A stretch of DNA of 64,000 nucleotides, from assembly GCA_045646085.1 (NCBI GenBank), contig JAZRJZ010000006.1:17164-81163 (forward strand). The letters run 5' to 3'. Source of the DNA: Candidatus Nanosyncoccus sp. (GTDB lineage: Bacteria; Patescibacteriota; Saccharimonadia; Saccharimonadales; Saccharimonadaceae). Under the pieces are notes generated by a model that did not search any database, was not told where the DNA came from, and saw nothing but the letters and a program-made list of their open reading frames with translations. The translations under genes were made by a program, and so were the position numbers. This document shows, piece by piece, positions 44,533 to 54,664 of this stretch (its first letter is position 1; every line of letters begins with the position of its first letter).

Positions 44533-46251
44533 GTGAAAAATAGTAAGAAAGAATACAAGGGAAGACCTTGGCTCGCATATTATGATGAAGAAGGAATTCC
44601 GTCTCATCTCGAATATCCAGATTGTTCCATGGTAGACATGGTTATTCAGTCGGCTGAAAAATGGCCAGATAACACCGCCTATGTATACTATGGTCACAAA
44701 GTTACCTACAAAAACTTTGTCAAAAAAATCGAAAAAACCGCCCGTGCGCTCAAAAACTACGGCGTCAAAGAAGGCGATCGCGTTACGATTTGTATGCCTA
44801 ATACGCCAGAGGGAATCACCATGGTGTATGCCGTAAACATGGTTGGCGCCATCTGTAATATGGTTCACCCTTTGTCGTCCGAAAAAGAGCTAGAATATTA
44901 CATCAAAGTCGCAGAATCTAAATACGTTTTAGTCTTTGATGCGGTCTTTGACAAAGTCTATCGATTAAGGGACACGGCACAGCTTGAACGCATTATTGTA
45001 GTGCGCCCATCCGACGGTCTTGGCTTCTTGAAACAGCGTATGTACAAGCTCTTACACGTCAAAAAAGTGCGCCTGCCAGCCAACGATAGTCGCGTGGTAC
45101 TTTGGGAAGATTTCATCGCGAATTCCTACTTTTATCAGGGTAGCTATCACGAAGAGCGTGGCGGCAACGACCTCGCCGTCATTATGTATTCCGGTGGCAC
45201 CACCGGTGCGCCAAAAGCCACTATGCTTTCAAATCTCAATATCAATGCCGAGTCTTTATGTGACGCCACGATGATTCGCCAAGTCGAACCAGGAGCCACC
45301 GTCCTCTCGATTTTGCCTATCTTTCACTGTTTTGGCCTCGGGATTTGTATCCATACTCCTCTTTCGAGGGGTATGGGCTGCATTCTTATTCCGGCCTTTT
45401 CGCACAAGCAATTTGCGGACATCATCAAGAAAAACGAGCCAAATTTCATCGTTGGCGTCCCGACGCTGTTTGAGGCTCTCATCAATACAAAACTAAAATC
45501 CAATGACCTTGAATCTGTTTCTGCGGTTATTTGTGGTGGCGACGCCCTCAACCAAACCTTACGCGACAAAGTCAACGAATTCCTTAAAAATCACGGCTCT
45601 AGTGCCAAAATCCGAGTCGGCTACGGTCTCACTGAAGGCTCTGGCGCAATCTGTCTTTCTCCAGAAAACACTTTCTCTGACGGCATCATCGGCGCACCAT
45701 TTCCAGATACAGATGTCAAAATCGTCAAAAACGATACCTTCAAAGAGCTTTCAGCTGGCGAAGAAGGTGAGATATGTGTCTCTGGTCCGCTCGTGATGAT
45801 GGGCTATCTTGGCGACGATGCCGAGACCGCTCAGGCTATCCGTATTCACGATGATGGCAAAATCTGGCTCCATACAGGGGACCTAGGTCGTTTAGGCGAA
45901 GACGGTTTTGTCTATTTCGCTCAGCGCCTCAAACGTATCATTGTTTCTTCTGGCTACAACATTTATCCAACCCATCTCGAATCCATCATTAATTCTCATG
46001 AGGGCGTGCTTACTTCTACGGTAATCGGTATTGATCATCACTACAAGGGCCAAGTGCCAAAAGCTTTTGTCGTGCTTAAACCAGGCTACAGACCGGGGAA
46101 GCGCATCGAGCGTGAAATCCGTGAACTCCTAGAGCGAAATGTTCCGATTTACGCCCTCCCAGTCGCCTACGAATTCCGTGATAAACTTCCTCAGACCAAA
46201 GTCGGCAAAGTCGCCTTCCGCGAACTAGAAAAAGAAGAAAAGAACAAATAA
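44533..46251 (+). CDS. AMP-dependent acyl-CoA synthetase/ligase (FadD-like)
   Basis: YSGGTTGAPKA AMP-binding motif, TGDLG, GKV near the C-terminus. GTG start with an RBS. Confidence 0.8.
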   Translation: MKNSKKEYKGRPWLAYYDEEGIPSHLEYPDCSMVDMVIQSAEKWPDNTAYVYYGHKVTYKNFVKKIEKTARALKNYGVKEGDRVTICMPNTPEGITMVYAVNMVGAICNMVHPLSSEKELEYYIKVAESKYVLVFDAVFDKVYRLRDTAQLERIIVVRPSDGLGFLKQRMYKLLHVKKVRLPANDSRVVLWEDFIANSYFYQGSYHEERGGNDLAVIMYSGGTTGAPKATMLSNLNINAESLCDATMIRQVEPGATVLSILPIFHCFGLGICIHTPLSRGMGCILIPAFSHKQFADIIKKNEPNFIVGVPTLFEALINTKLKSNDLESVSAVICGGDALNQTLRDKVNEFLKNHGSSAKIRVGYGLTEGSGAICLSPENTFSDGIIGAPFPDTDVKIVKNDTFKELSAGEEGEICVSGPLVMMGYLGDDAETAQAIRIHDDGKIWLHTGDLGRLGEDGFVYFAQRLKRIIVSSGYNIYPTHLESIINSHEGVLTSTVIGIDHHYKGQVPKAFVVLKPGYRPGKRIEREIRELLERNVPIYALPVAYEFRDKLPQTKVGKVAFRELEKEEKNK

Positions 46252-47181
46252 TTATTTGTAATAATTCAACCTTACTCTAATTTGAAGTTTCAGCGGTTTT
46301 TGCCGCAAGAAACGGTTTTTACGCCATTTTGGGAAATACTTTTTGAGCATCTCGCGAGAGCGCACAAATCCAGGCTTTCCCTCGGGGAAACGCTCAAAAT
46401 CCTTTGCTGAATCAATTAACAAATTCCAGATAAAAAACCATTCCAATTCGTCGTGGTATTTTTTCTCAGCTTTTTCATCAACAAATCTCTGATAAAGTCC
46501 TTCGAGCACAGGGAAAATATCAAAAATGTGTTTGTTAAACTTTTGCCTATGGAGCACCGAATTTGCATTTTGGGTGTAAAAATACAGAGCCTCATCTATA
46601 CTAGAGAGTCTATCTGTATAGAGAATTAAAGCAGACATTAGCCCCATATCCTCATGAATCAGCCCCTCTGTAAAGGCGAACTTATGCTTCACCCACCATT
46701 CACGACGAATTAATACCTGCCACGGCCCCATACCATATCTAATAAACCTACTTTTGTAGTTCGGTTCATCAGGCGAAACAGGGGAGAGGTAGTCACTGTT
46801 ATCTTTAGAATAAATCCGCTTCGCTCCCATCATTACTAAGTCCGCCTTATCTTTATCCGCAGTCTTCAATAGCTTACCAATTGCTTTCTCAGCGATATAG
46901 TCATCTCCATCTATAAACCAGATAAATTCTCCCTTTGCCCGCTTTGCTCCAAAATTCCTCACTGCAGCTGCACCCGCTGTATGACACTGCAGCACCCGTA
47001 TAGTTTTTGAGTGTTTTTTAGCATATTCCTTCATAAGCGATAGGGAATCATCAGTAGAGTCATTATCTATTACTAAAACCTCTCCCTTTATCCCCTTTAG
47101 CGAGTCAACAATCGAATCAAGGCATCGCTCCAAATATTTTTCGGCATTAAAAACTGGGATAATAATCGAGATTTTAGGCAT
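46252..47181 (-). CDS. Family-2 glycosyltransferase
   Basis: ISIIIPVFNAEKYLERCLDS...DNDSTD...DGDD. Confidence 0.8.
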   Translation of the reverse strand: MPKISIIIPVFNAEKYLERCLDSIVDSLKGIKGEVLVIDNDSTDDSLSLMKEYAKKHSKTIRVLQCHTAGAAAVRNFGAKRAKGEFIWFIDGDDYIAEKAIGKLLKTADKDKADLVMMGAKRIYSKDNSDYLSPVSPDEPNYKSRFIRYGMGPWQVLIRREWWVKHKFAFTEGLIHEDMGLMSALILYTDRLSSIDEALYFYTQNANSVLHRQKFNKHIFDIFPVLEGLYQRFVDEKAEKKYHDELEWFFIWNLLIDSAKDFERFPEGKPGFVRSREMLKKYFPKWRKNRFLRQKPLKLQIRVRLNYYK

Positions 47182-48797
47182 TACTTAAAGATGTCCTTAA
47201 AGATTTTATCAGTAATTTTGCGCCCCAAAGTGCTTCCTACTGAGCCAACTATATTACCGAGCAGTCTATCCTTGGTCTTCTGTGCCTTTTCTTTTGCCTT
47301 TTTGGCCTCTCTTTCGGCTTCTAAGCGCCTTTTCTCCTCAGCCTTGATTCTATCCGCTTCTGCTTTTTCGGCGGCCTTCTGGGCGGCAATACGTTCCTTC
47401 TCGGCTAATTTTGCCTGTTCGCTGGCAGCTTTTTCGGCTGCTTTGTCGGCTGCTATCTGTTGTTTTTCAGCTGCGGCGGCTTCCTCAGCGGCTGCCATCT
47501 CTGCAGCCTTCGTATCTGCCTTTTGCTGAATTATCTCTGCTGCCGATTCCGCATCTACTGCTTCATCATATTTACCCACGAGCGGGCTAGCATTTATCAC
47601 CTTATTACGCGTAATTCCGTCTATCGCACCCATCAAGCTTTGAGGCGGCAAAATTGTTGCTCTCTCTACTATCTCTGGAGCACCTTTTTCATTCTGGAAG
47701 GAAATTAAGGCCTCGCCAGTACCAAGCTCCAAGATAGCCTTCTCTGTATCAAATTCTGGGTTTACACGAAAAGCCTGCGCTGCTGCATGAACTGCCTTTT
47801 GCTCTGATGGGGTATAGGCTCTCAAAGAATGTTGCACTCTGTTACCTAATTGCGCTAATATTTCATCTGGAACATCGGTCGGACTCTGAGAAATAAAGTA
47901 CAACCCAATTCCGCGCGAACGAATCAATTTTACAATCTGAACAATTCTTTTCAACCTATATCCCGGCATCCCATTAAAGAGCAAATGTGCCTCATCAAAG
48001 AAGAATACCAGTTTAGGTTTGTCCAAATCGCCTACCTCTGGTGAAGTAGAGAATAGCGTAGTGAGTAGCCACAAAAGAAATGCCGCGTACATATCTGGGC
48101 TTTCAAACAAAGTTACTGCATGGAGGATATTTATTACGCCACGCCCATCCTCTGTCGCAAAGAAATCGCTAATATTTAATGCGGGTTGCCCAAAGAAATG
48201 ATTAGCCCCTTGATTCTCCAAGGTCAAAAGTGACCTCTGTATCACCCCAATACTTTGAGTGGTAATATTGCCATATTTCGTAGAATACTGATCTTTGTTT
48301 TCGCTGACATATTGGAGTACGGCTCGGAGGTCCTTGAGATCAATCAAAGCCAAATTTTCATCTTTAGCAATTGCGAATGCTATCGCCAAATTACCTTCTT
48401 GAGCCTCTGATAAACCAAGCATTATCGAGAGGACTTCCGGTCCCACCGATTCTACTGTAGCACGCAAAGGGTGTCCCTCAGTCCCAAACAAATCCCAAAA
48501 CCTAACAGGGAAGGACTTAGCCTCAAAGTCCTTAATTTCGAGTTTATCTAGGCGTTTTTGGATTGCATCTGTCATCTCACCTTTTACTGCAGTTCCAGCG
48601 AGATCTCCTTTGACGTCTGCCAAAAACACTGGTACGCCGGCATCCGAAAAACTTTCGGCCATTACTTTTAGTGTAATAGTCTTTCCAGAGCCCGATGCCC
48701 CTGTAATAATCCCGTGCCGATTCGCCATTTGTGGCAAAATCGCCAGTTCCGCCCCCTGTTCATTTTTACCGATTAATATTTTCCCATTTGCCAACAT
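47181..48797 (-). CDS. HerA-like/DUF853 (YjgR-type) P-loop NTPase with an Ala/Glu/Lys coiled-coil tail
   Basis: GASGSGKT Walker A, FFFDEAH Walker B, and a C-terminal AAEKAxxE repeat region. Confidence 0.7.
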   Translation of the reverse strand: MLANGKILIGKNEQGAELAILPQMANRHGIITGASGSGKTITLKVMAESFSDAGVPVFLADVKGDLAGTAVKGEMTDAIQKRLDKLEIKDFEAKSFPVRFWDLFGTEGHPLRATVESVGPEVLSIMLGLSEAQEGNLAIAFAIAKDENLALIDLKDLRAVLQYVSENKDQYSTKYGNITTQSIGVIQRSLLTLENQGANHFFGQPALNISDFFATEDGRGVINILHAVTLFESPDMYAAFLLWLLTTLFSTSPEVGDLDKPKLVFFFDEAHLLFNGMPGYRLKRIVQIVKLIRSRGIGLYFISQSPTDVPDEILAQLGNRVQHSLRAYTPSEQKAVHAAAQAFRVNPEFDTEKAILELGTGEALISFQNEKGAPEIVERATILPPQSLMGAIDGITRNKVINASPLVGKYDEAVDAESAAEIIQQKADTKAAEMAAAEEAAAAEKQQIAADKAAEKAASEQAKLAEKERIAAQKAAEKAEADRIKAEEKRRLEAEREAKKAKEKAQKTKDRLLGNIVGSVGSTLGRKITDKIFKDIFK

Positions 48798-48851
48798 AAA
48801 AACTCCTTTATTCTATTATATAATATAATTAAGTTAAAATAGGAAACAACT

Positions 48852-49442
48852 ATGAAAGAAGTTTTATTTCCAGAGAGCGCTACAGAGGAAGAAAAGAAAT
48901 CTTTTAACCTTGAAATTAGCTCTTCTGATGACCAAGCCTTAGGTTTTGAGCCAGACGGCCATCAGTCTCCAAAAACTAAATTCGCCGTCAGAAACATTGT
49001 CTTAAACGAAAAAGGCGAAATTGCCCTGGTCAAATCCTTTAAATACGGCTATACACAGATACCCGGTGGTGGGCTCGAGGACGGCGAGACCATCGAGGAA
49101 GCTCTAAGGAGGGAAACAACCGAAGAAATTGGCTATAATATCAAAATTATTAAGCCGCTGGGATATTACCGAGAACAACGCGAAAGCAGTCTTAACAAAC
49201 ACTCCTGGACTACCTGCTTTTCTTTTGTCTATCTTTCAAGAGCAGTCGAGCATGTAGGCACCAACTACATGGAAGACGAAATTGCCGAAGAATTCGCACC
49301 GGTTTGGGTCTCGTTAGACGAAGCCATCAAAGCCAAAGAAGCCGAATTCCAGCATTTATTAGATACTAAAAGTAGTTATAGTGGAGCATTTTCCTCTTGT
49401 CGTGATTTGTCAATTCTCAAATATTATTCTCATCTTTCATGA
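48852..49442 (+). CDS. Nudix hydrolase
   Basis: GGGLEDGETIEEALRRETTEEIGY Nudix box. Confidence 0.8.
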   Translation: MKEVLFPESATEEEKKSFNLEISSSDDQALGFEPDGHQSPKTKFAVRNIVLNEKGEIALVKSFKYGYTQIPGGGLEDGETIEEALRRETTEEIGYNIKIIKPLGYYREQRESSLNKHSWTTCFSFVYLSRAVEHVGTNYMEDEIAEEFAPVWVSLDEAIKAKEAEFQHLLDTKSSYSGAFSSCRDLSILKYYSHLS

Positions 49443-49454
49443 TAAAATAGTGAT

Positions 49455-49934
49455 ATGTTTGGGAAAATCCTTATTGTTTTATTGATCTCCATGGTGCCTC
49501 TTATTGAACTTAGGGGCTCAATTCCAGTTGCAGTCGGGATGGGTCTTGACCTTCCCGAGTGGGCGATTCTTATCACGGCCATCATCGGCAATATTATCCC
49601 AGTTCCATTCATTTATTTCTTCGCTCGTAAATTCCTAGAATGGGGAAATAAGCAAAAATGGCAACCGTTACACAAATTCTGCAATTTTTGTCTCAAAAAA
49701 GGCGAAAAGGGCGGAGAAAAATTGCTCAAAAAAGCCAAAGGCGGTGTTTATTGGGCACTTTTCCTCTTCGTTGCTATACCGGTTCCTGGCACCGGTGCGT
49801 GGACCGGGACCTTAGCCGCCAGTATTCTCAATTTAGACTTCAAAAAGACTATCGTCGCAGTCACTGCCGGCGTAATCACTGCTGGCTTAATTATGCTTGC
49901 TGTTTCACTAGGATTATTTAGATTTATTTTTTAG
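49455..49934 (+). CDS. Small multidrug-export-like membrane protein (COG2426 type)
   Basis: MVPLIELRGSIPVAVGMGL N-terminal motif and 4 TM helices. Confidence 0.5.
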   Translation: MFGKILIVLLISMVPLIELRGSIPVAVGMGLDLPEWAILITAIIGNIIPVPFIYFFARKFLEWGNKQKWQPLHKFCNFCLKKGEKGGEKLLKKAKGGVYWALFLFVAIPVPGTGAWTGTLAASILNLDFKKTIVAVTAGVITAGLIMLAVSLGLFRFIF

Positions 49935-50688
49935 TTGGAACAAAATTGTCCATCAAGGCATTATTTTTACTTCGTTTTTTCAAATATAATTCACCAAATC
50001 CACAGAAAACCGCCGCCCCAGCTATATTCACAAAAATATCCTTCATCGTATCCATTAACCCAATATCAAGATAGCCTTCGTCTACTGTAATAGTGTCGCC
50101 ATTAGCAAGATGAATGTCGGTATTCACAATGTCATCCACTCGCACTGGTCGGTTACCGCCGTCTCGTTGCATCGTAATCGTAGATATTTGCCGTACGTGC
50201 GCATCTTTTTGGGCGTCCGTCCTTAGCGTCATATCAAAAGAAAATTCCAAACATTCCCACGCTATCCCTAGTGTTATAGAAAAGCAAAAAGCGAATAACA
50301 GTGTGAAACCTTTTTTACATTTTTCTTTGTTCATAATTTCAACTAACGACAAACCAATCCCGGCTAAGACAAATCCACTCAGAAAATGTAAAATAATATC
50401 CCAAAACGGAAAAGGTCCATAAAACGCAAACACTTCACCCAGAATTAGGGAAGCAAAAACAAAAAGATAAAATGTAATTTCTAGCGCCACGGACAAAGAC
50501 ATCTTAAACTTATTTTTCACTAAAGCCGGCGTCCAATATATTACTAACGCCGAAAAAGCTAAACCGATTTTCATCCAATCATTAAGAGTAATCGCATAAA
50601 CAAAAGCCGCTATAGATAGCGTATAAATCACAACGAATACTATCTGAGATAATTTGTTAGCTTTTTTGACCGACTTCATACGAAACAT
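49924..50688 (-). CDS. Polytopic membrane protein (YjdF/DUF2238-like?)
   Basis: Six to seven TM helices. The family call is tentative. Confidence 0.35.
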   Translation of the reverse strand: MFRMKSVKKANKLSQIVFVVIYTLSIAAFVYAITLNDWMKIGLAFSALVIYWTPALVKNKFKMSLSVALEITFYLFVFASLILGEVFAFYGPFPFWDIILHFLSGFVLAGIGLSLVEIMNKEKCKKGFTLLFAFCFSITLGIAWECLEFSFDMTLRTDAQKDAHVRQISTITMQRDGGNRPVRVDDIVNTDIHLANGDTITVDEGYLDIGLMDTMKDIFVNIAGAAVFCGFGELYLKKRSKNNALMDNFVPTKK

Positions 50689-50743
50689 TATACTACACGC
50701 ATGCTAGTTTACTTTCATAAAAAAATTGGACTCTCGTCCAATA

Positions 50744-50790
50744 TGGCTCCCGGGACTGGACTCGATTCGAAGAACGATGTCCAGCTTTTT
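50744..50790. repeat. Exact 22-nt copy of the tRNA-Asn 3' end (50744-50765 = 50810-50831), closed into a hairpin CTGGAC/GTCCAG and followed by a T-run
   Basis: Direct sequence comparison. Confidence 0.8.
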
Positions 50791-50809
50791 GGGCGCATCG
50801 TTAGATGCG

Positions 50810-50884
50810 TGGCTCCCGGGACTGGACTCGAACCAGCAACCTCGAAGTTAACAGCTTCTTGCTCCACCATTGAGCTACCCGGGA
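50810..50884 (-). tRNA. tRNA-Asn (anticodon GUU)
   Basis: Minus-strand cloverleaf: TCCCGGG acceptor, anticodon loop CTGTTAA, GGTTCGAGTCC T-arm, encoded CCA. Confidence 0.9.
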
Positions 50885-50941
50885 TCGTGCCACTATTATA
50901 GCATATTTTTCCATTTTGTGATAAAATAATTGTAACTTGTA

Positions 50942-51041
50942 GGATGGTTAGAATTTTACAACTGCCCTACGGGACATGAAGACTTGGCCCGAGTGACCTG
51001 GAACGTGCCCGAAGGGCACGTTCGTAAAATTCTAATCATCC
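50942..51041 (+). promoter_or_regulatory. ~100-nt structured leader upstream of infB
   Basis: An 18-bp outer stem pairs GGATGGTTAGAATTTTAC with GTAAAATTCTAATCATCC and encloses GAACGTGCCC-GAA-GGGCACGTTC. An extended -10 TGATAAAAT lies at ~50919-50927. Confidence 0.5.
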
Positions 51042-51075
51042 TCGATCAAATTTTAACACTACAGAAAGGAGAGCT

Positions 51076-52842
51076 ATGGAAGAAAAGACGATTCAAATTG
51101 CCGGTTCTATTACTGTTGACGAGCTTTCAAAAGCCCTTGGTCTTTCTGTAACCGAATTAATCGGTACGCTTTTCAAAAACGGCATCGTTGCCACTATTAA
51201 TCAAAGATTAGATTTTGAAACCGCCTCTATCATTATTGACGAACTTGGTCTTAAAAACGTCAAATTAGAACGCAAAAATACCTCTACTAAAACTTCTGAT
51301 TTTCACAGGGAATTATCCGACAAGGCCGTTACTCGCCCACCGGTCGTTGCAGTAATGGGACACGTCGATCATGGTAAAACTACCCTTCTCGACACACTTC
51401 TTCACAAAAAGACCGTCGACGACGAAGCTGGTGGTATCACTCAACATATTTCTGCTTATCAACTCAAGCACAACGACAGACTAATCACTTTTCTAGATAC
51501 TCCAGGTCATGAAGCTTTCGCCGCCATTCGTCAGCACGGCGCTATGCTCACTGATATCGTTGTTATCGTAGTTGCTGCCGATGATGGCGTCAAACCACAA
51601 ACTATTGAAGCCATCAACTTTGCCAAATCCGCCAACGCCAAAATCATCGTCGCAATTAACAAAATCGACCGCGAAGGCGCCGACATCGACCGTACCAAAG
51701 CCGACCTTTCCAATCACGGCCTTCAACCCGAAGAATGGGGTGGTGATATCATTATGGTACCCGTTTCTGCTAAGCAAAATCAGAATCTCGAACAGCTCCT
51801 AGACATGATTCTTCTTACTGCTGATATCGAAGAACTAAAAGCCGACATCGACATCCCAGCCGAAGGCCTAGTTATTGAATCTCATATGGAGACCGGCAAA
51901 GGCTCCGTAGTCAATCTCTTGGTCACTGGCGGGGAACTAAAAACCGGCGAGTTTATTGTCGCTGGCTCCACCTATGGCAAAATCCGCACCATGCTAGACT
52001 GGAAAGGCAAGCCCAAGGGCAAAGCTACTCCGTCTACCCCTGTTACGATTACTGGCTTTAAAGAATTACCGAGCTTTGGCGATCGCTTTACAGAAGTTAA
52101 AGACGAAAAAACCGCTCGCAAGATGTCACTCCTCAATGCTCAAGCAGCCGCCAATGAATCTGCCGATGCCAACGTTACCAGTTCAGATTTGCTTCGCATG
52201 ATGAATATAGCCGACAACACTAAGACCTTTAATGTCATTGTCAAGGGCGACGTTCTCGGTTCGGTTACGAGCGTAGTGGACAGTCTTCGTCTTATTGATA
52301 CCAAGGGAGAAATCACCTTAAATATCGTTTCTACCGGCGTCGGCGACATTAGCGAGAACGATGTTTATATGGCTGCAGGCGAAAACACTGTTATTTATGG
52401 CTTCAATGTTTCTGTGCCAGTCAATATCAACAAAATGGCTGCTCGCGACAACGTTCCAATTCGTACATACAAGGTGATTTATGAACTATTAGACGACGCC
52501 AAACACGAGATGGAAAATCTCCTTGACGCTGAAATAATTGAAGAAGACAAAGGCGAGCTCAAGGTTCTCGGTGTCTTTCGTACCGAAAAAACCTCCATTA
52601 TTGCCGGTGGTGAAGTCTTAAAAGGCGACGTCAAACCCGGCTACCTCGTTCGTGTAATCCGTGACAAAAAATTCCTCGGCGAAGCCGAAGTTACCTCAGT
52701 TCAAAGAGAAAAAATTGATGCTAAAGAGCTCGTCGCTGGCGAAACCGGTGGTCTTGCGCTTAAAACCACGCAAAAAATCGATCTCCAAATCAATGATAGA
52801 CTAGTCTTCTTTACTCGCGAATCCAAAAAACGCACATTGTAA
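51076..52842 (+). CDS. infB: Translation initiation factor IF-2 (short form)
   Basis: [19 protein letters not shown] and NKID G-domain motifs, plus C-terminal IF-2 domains. Confidence 0.95.
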   Translation: MEEKTIQIAGSITVDELSKALGLSVTELIGTLFKNGIVATINQRLDFETASIIIDELGLKNVKLERKNTSTKTSDFHRELSDKAVTRPPVVAVMGHVDHGKTTLLDTLLHKKTVDDEAGGITQHISAYQLKHNDRLITFLDTPGHEAFAAIRQHGAMLTDIVVIVVAADDGVKPQTIEAINFAKSANAKIIVAINKIDREGADIDRTKADLSNHGLQPEEWGGDIIMVPVSAKQNQNLEQLLDMILLTADIEELKADIDIPAEGLVIESHMETGKGSVVNLLVTGGELKTGEFIVAGSTYGKIRTMLDWKGKPKGKATPSTPVTITGFKELPSFGDRFTEVKDEKTARKMSLLNAQAAANESADANVTSSDLLRMMNIADNTKTFNVIVKGDVLGSVTSVVDSLRLIDTKGEITLNIVSTGVGDISENDVYMAAGENTVIYGFNVSVPVNINKMAARDNVPIRTYKVIYELLDDAKHEMENLLDAEIIEEDKGELKVLGVFRTEKTSIIAGGEVLKGDVKPGYLVRVIRDKKFLGEAEVTSVQREKIDAKELVAGETGGLALKTTQKIDLQINDRLVFFTRESKKRTL

Positions 52843-52913
52843 TAATTCAACGCAGAACGAAAAATCGTAAGTGCCATTTGTTGTATGCTATAATTACCAT
52901 AAGGAGAATAATT

Positions 52914-53201
52914 ATGGAATTTGACGAAAAATTTTTACAAGAAATGGGTCTCTCGGCTATGCCAGAGGATGAAAAGCAAAAATTCTTAGCTTACGTCCAG
53001 GAAGAACTAGAGGTCCGCATCGGCGAGCGCATTAGTCGCGGTCTTACCGAGACTCAACTTAATGAATTTGACATGATTACCGATCCCGCCGAAGCCGCCA
53101 AATGGCTTGAGATTAACCGTCCAGATTATCGCGACATCGTCACCCGTACTATCAACGAAATGAAAGAAGAGATTCGCGCTAATCGCAACAAGCTTATTTA
53201 G
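52914..53201 (+). CDS. Small conserved hypothetical protein
   Basis: Start at the ATG behind an AAGGAG RBS. Its tail overlaps the fmt stop region by 8 nt. Confidence 0.45.
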   Translation: MEFDEKFLQEMGLSAMPEDEKQKFLAYVQEELEVRIGERISRGLTETQLNEFDMITDPAEAAKWLEINRPDYRDIVTRTINEMKEEIRANRNKLI

Positions 53202-54078
53202 CGTAACCGTTTAAGAAACTTTTTATATCCATCACCTTACGCCCTTCTGGTTGTAACCTGTCGATACTCAAAATTTGCCCATCAGCGCAGGGAAGCGCCA
53301 AAACCGCCGTCTCACTCGGTTCACACACATGCGCCTCTAAAATGATGCATTTTACGCCAAAAAACGTATATTTCGCTTTTGGAAACCCTTGAAAAGCTAT
53401 AATTTTCCGTAAAGTTTGCTCAGCCGTATCTGTTTTGGGCGTCAAAATTCCCATAGATTTAGTTAATTTACCACAATAAGTCGCCTTTTTATCATCTTGT
53501 GGCCTTGGATGCCGGACACGTTCAACCCATTTTCTATGTTCTTTGACTACGTCTGGTCGGTTAGACTCTCTACCCAGTTTTTCGTATTCCTCATCGTAGT
53601 TTTTGCCCTCAAACGCCTCATCTAGTGTGTTTAGTACCATTCCGGCCAACTCCGCCCCAGTTTTTGCTAAATAATAATAGATTTCATCCTTGTTCAGTGG
53701 TAATCCAGAAATGGTTACTTGCGTATAAACCGGTCCAGCGTCCATCGTCTCCGCTAGTTTCATTACTGATACGCCGAATTCGTCATCTCCCGCCAAAATC
53801 GCCGACTCTATCGGTGATGCTCCTCTATACAAAGGTAGCAGGGAAGGATGAATATTTAAAATCCCCTCTGGCTCGAACAGCTCTAGTAAATCTGGCTTGA
53901 TAATTGTCCCAAACGAAGCCAAAACTCCATGAATCTTGGGGTTTTTTAGCTTCAATTCGCGGACTTTTTTTAAATCTTCGCGTGTTTTGGCGTGAAAAAC
54001 TATCTTGTAATCTTTTTTCAGCACTTCAAGTGCATAGTCTGCTAGCAGCCCATTTCCAAAGAAGATTATCTCTCTCAT
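53194..54078 (-). CDS. fmt: Methionyl-tRNA formyltransferase
   Basis: NIHPSLLPLYRGASPIESAIL, VSVMKLAETMDAGPV. Confidence 0.85.
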   Translation of the reverse strand: MREIIFFGNGLLADYALEVLKKDYKIVFHAKTREDLKKVRELKLKNPKIHGVLASFGTIIKPDLLELFEPEGILNIHPSLLPLYRGASPIESAILAGDDEFGVSVMKLAETMDAGPVYTQVTISGLPLNKDEIYYYLAKTGAELAGMVLNTLDEAFEGKNYDEEYEKLGRESNRPDVVKEHRKWVERVRHPRPQDDKKATYCGKLTKSMGILTPKTDTAEQTLRKIIAFQGFPKAKYTFFGVKCIILEAHVCEPSETAVLALPCADGQILSIDRLQPEGRKVMDIKSFLNGYAK

Positions 54079-54084
54079 TAAAGA

Positions 54085-54663
54085 TTATTCCTCACCCCAA
54101 AGTTTTTCGTTATCGGCAATCTTAGATTCGTAGTCTACCGGAACTAAATCTCCCTCATCATTCATCTCATAAAAAGCATCTTTTTTGCCCTTTATATGAT
54201 CAATAAACAGTATTCCGTTCAGGTGGTCAATTTCGTGCAAAAGCGTTCGCGCCAATTCATCTGTCGCTTTGATTCGTACCTCAGTACCATCCTCTAACAT
54301 TGCTTTAACCTTAACTTTGGTCGCTCTTGGTACCATGCCATAGATCGAAGGCACCGACAAACACCCCTCATAATCAGTCTTCGTTTTGCCTTCGGTCCTG
54401 ATTACCTCTGGGTTAATCAAAGCCGTAAAAGAAGCATTTTTCTTATCCTCCATATCATCACGAATGATAATGATACGCTTATTAACTCCCATTTGAGGTG
54501 CCGCCATCGCCGCGGACAGCTCGTAAGGATGTTTAGTCTCCCAGTCCAGCGATAATTTGCGCATTTCAGCGATAATCTTCAAAATTTCGTCGTCGATGAC
54601 GCGCACTTTCTCTGATTTCTCCCTGAGCCGCTTATCCGGCGTGGTAATAATTTTCATGCCCAC
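54085..54663 (-). CDS. def: Peptide deformylase
   Basis: GMAAPQ-like, EGCLSVP and HEIDHLNG motifs. Confidence 0.9.
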   Translation of the reverse strand: MGMKIITTPDKRLREKSEKVRVIDDEILKIIAEMRKLSLDWETKHPYELSAAMAAPQMGVNKRIIIIRDDMEDKKNASFTALINPEVIRTEGKTKTDYEGCLSVPSIYGMVPRATKVKVKAMLEDGTEVRIKATDELARTLLHEIDHLNGILFIDHIKGKKDAFYEMNDEGDLVPVDYESKIADNEKLWGEE

Positions 54664-54664
54664 A

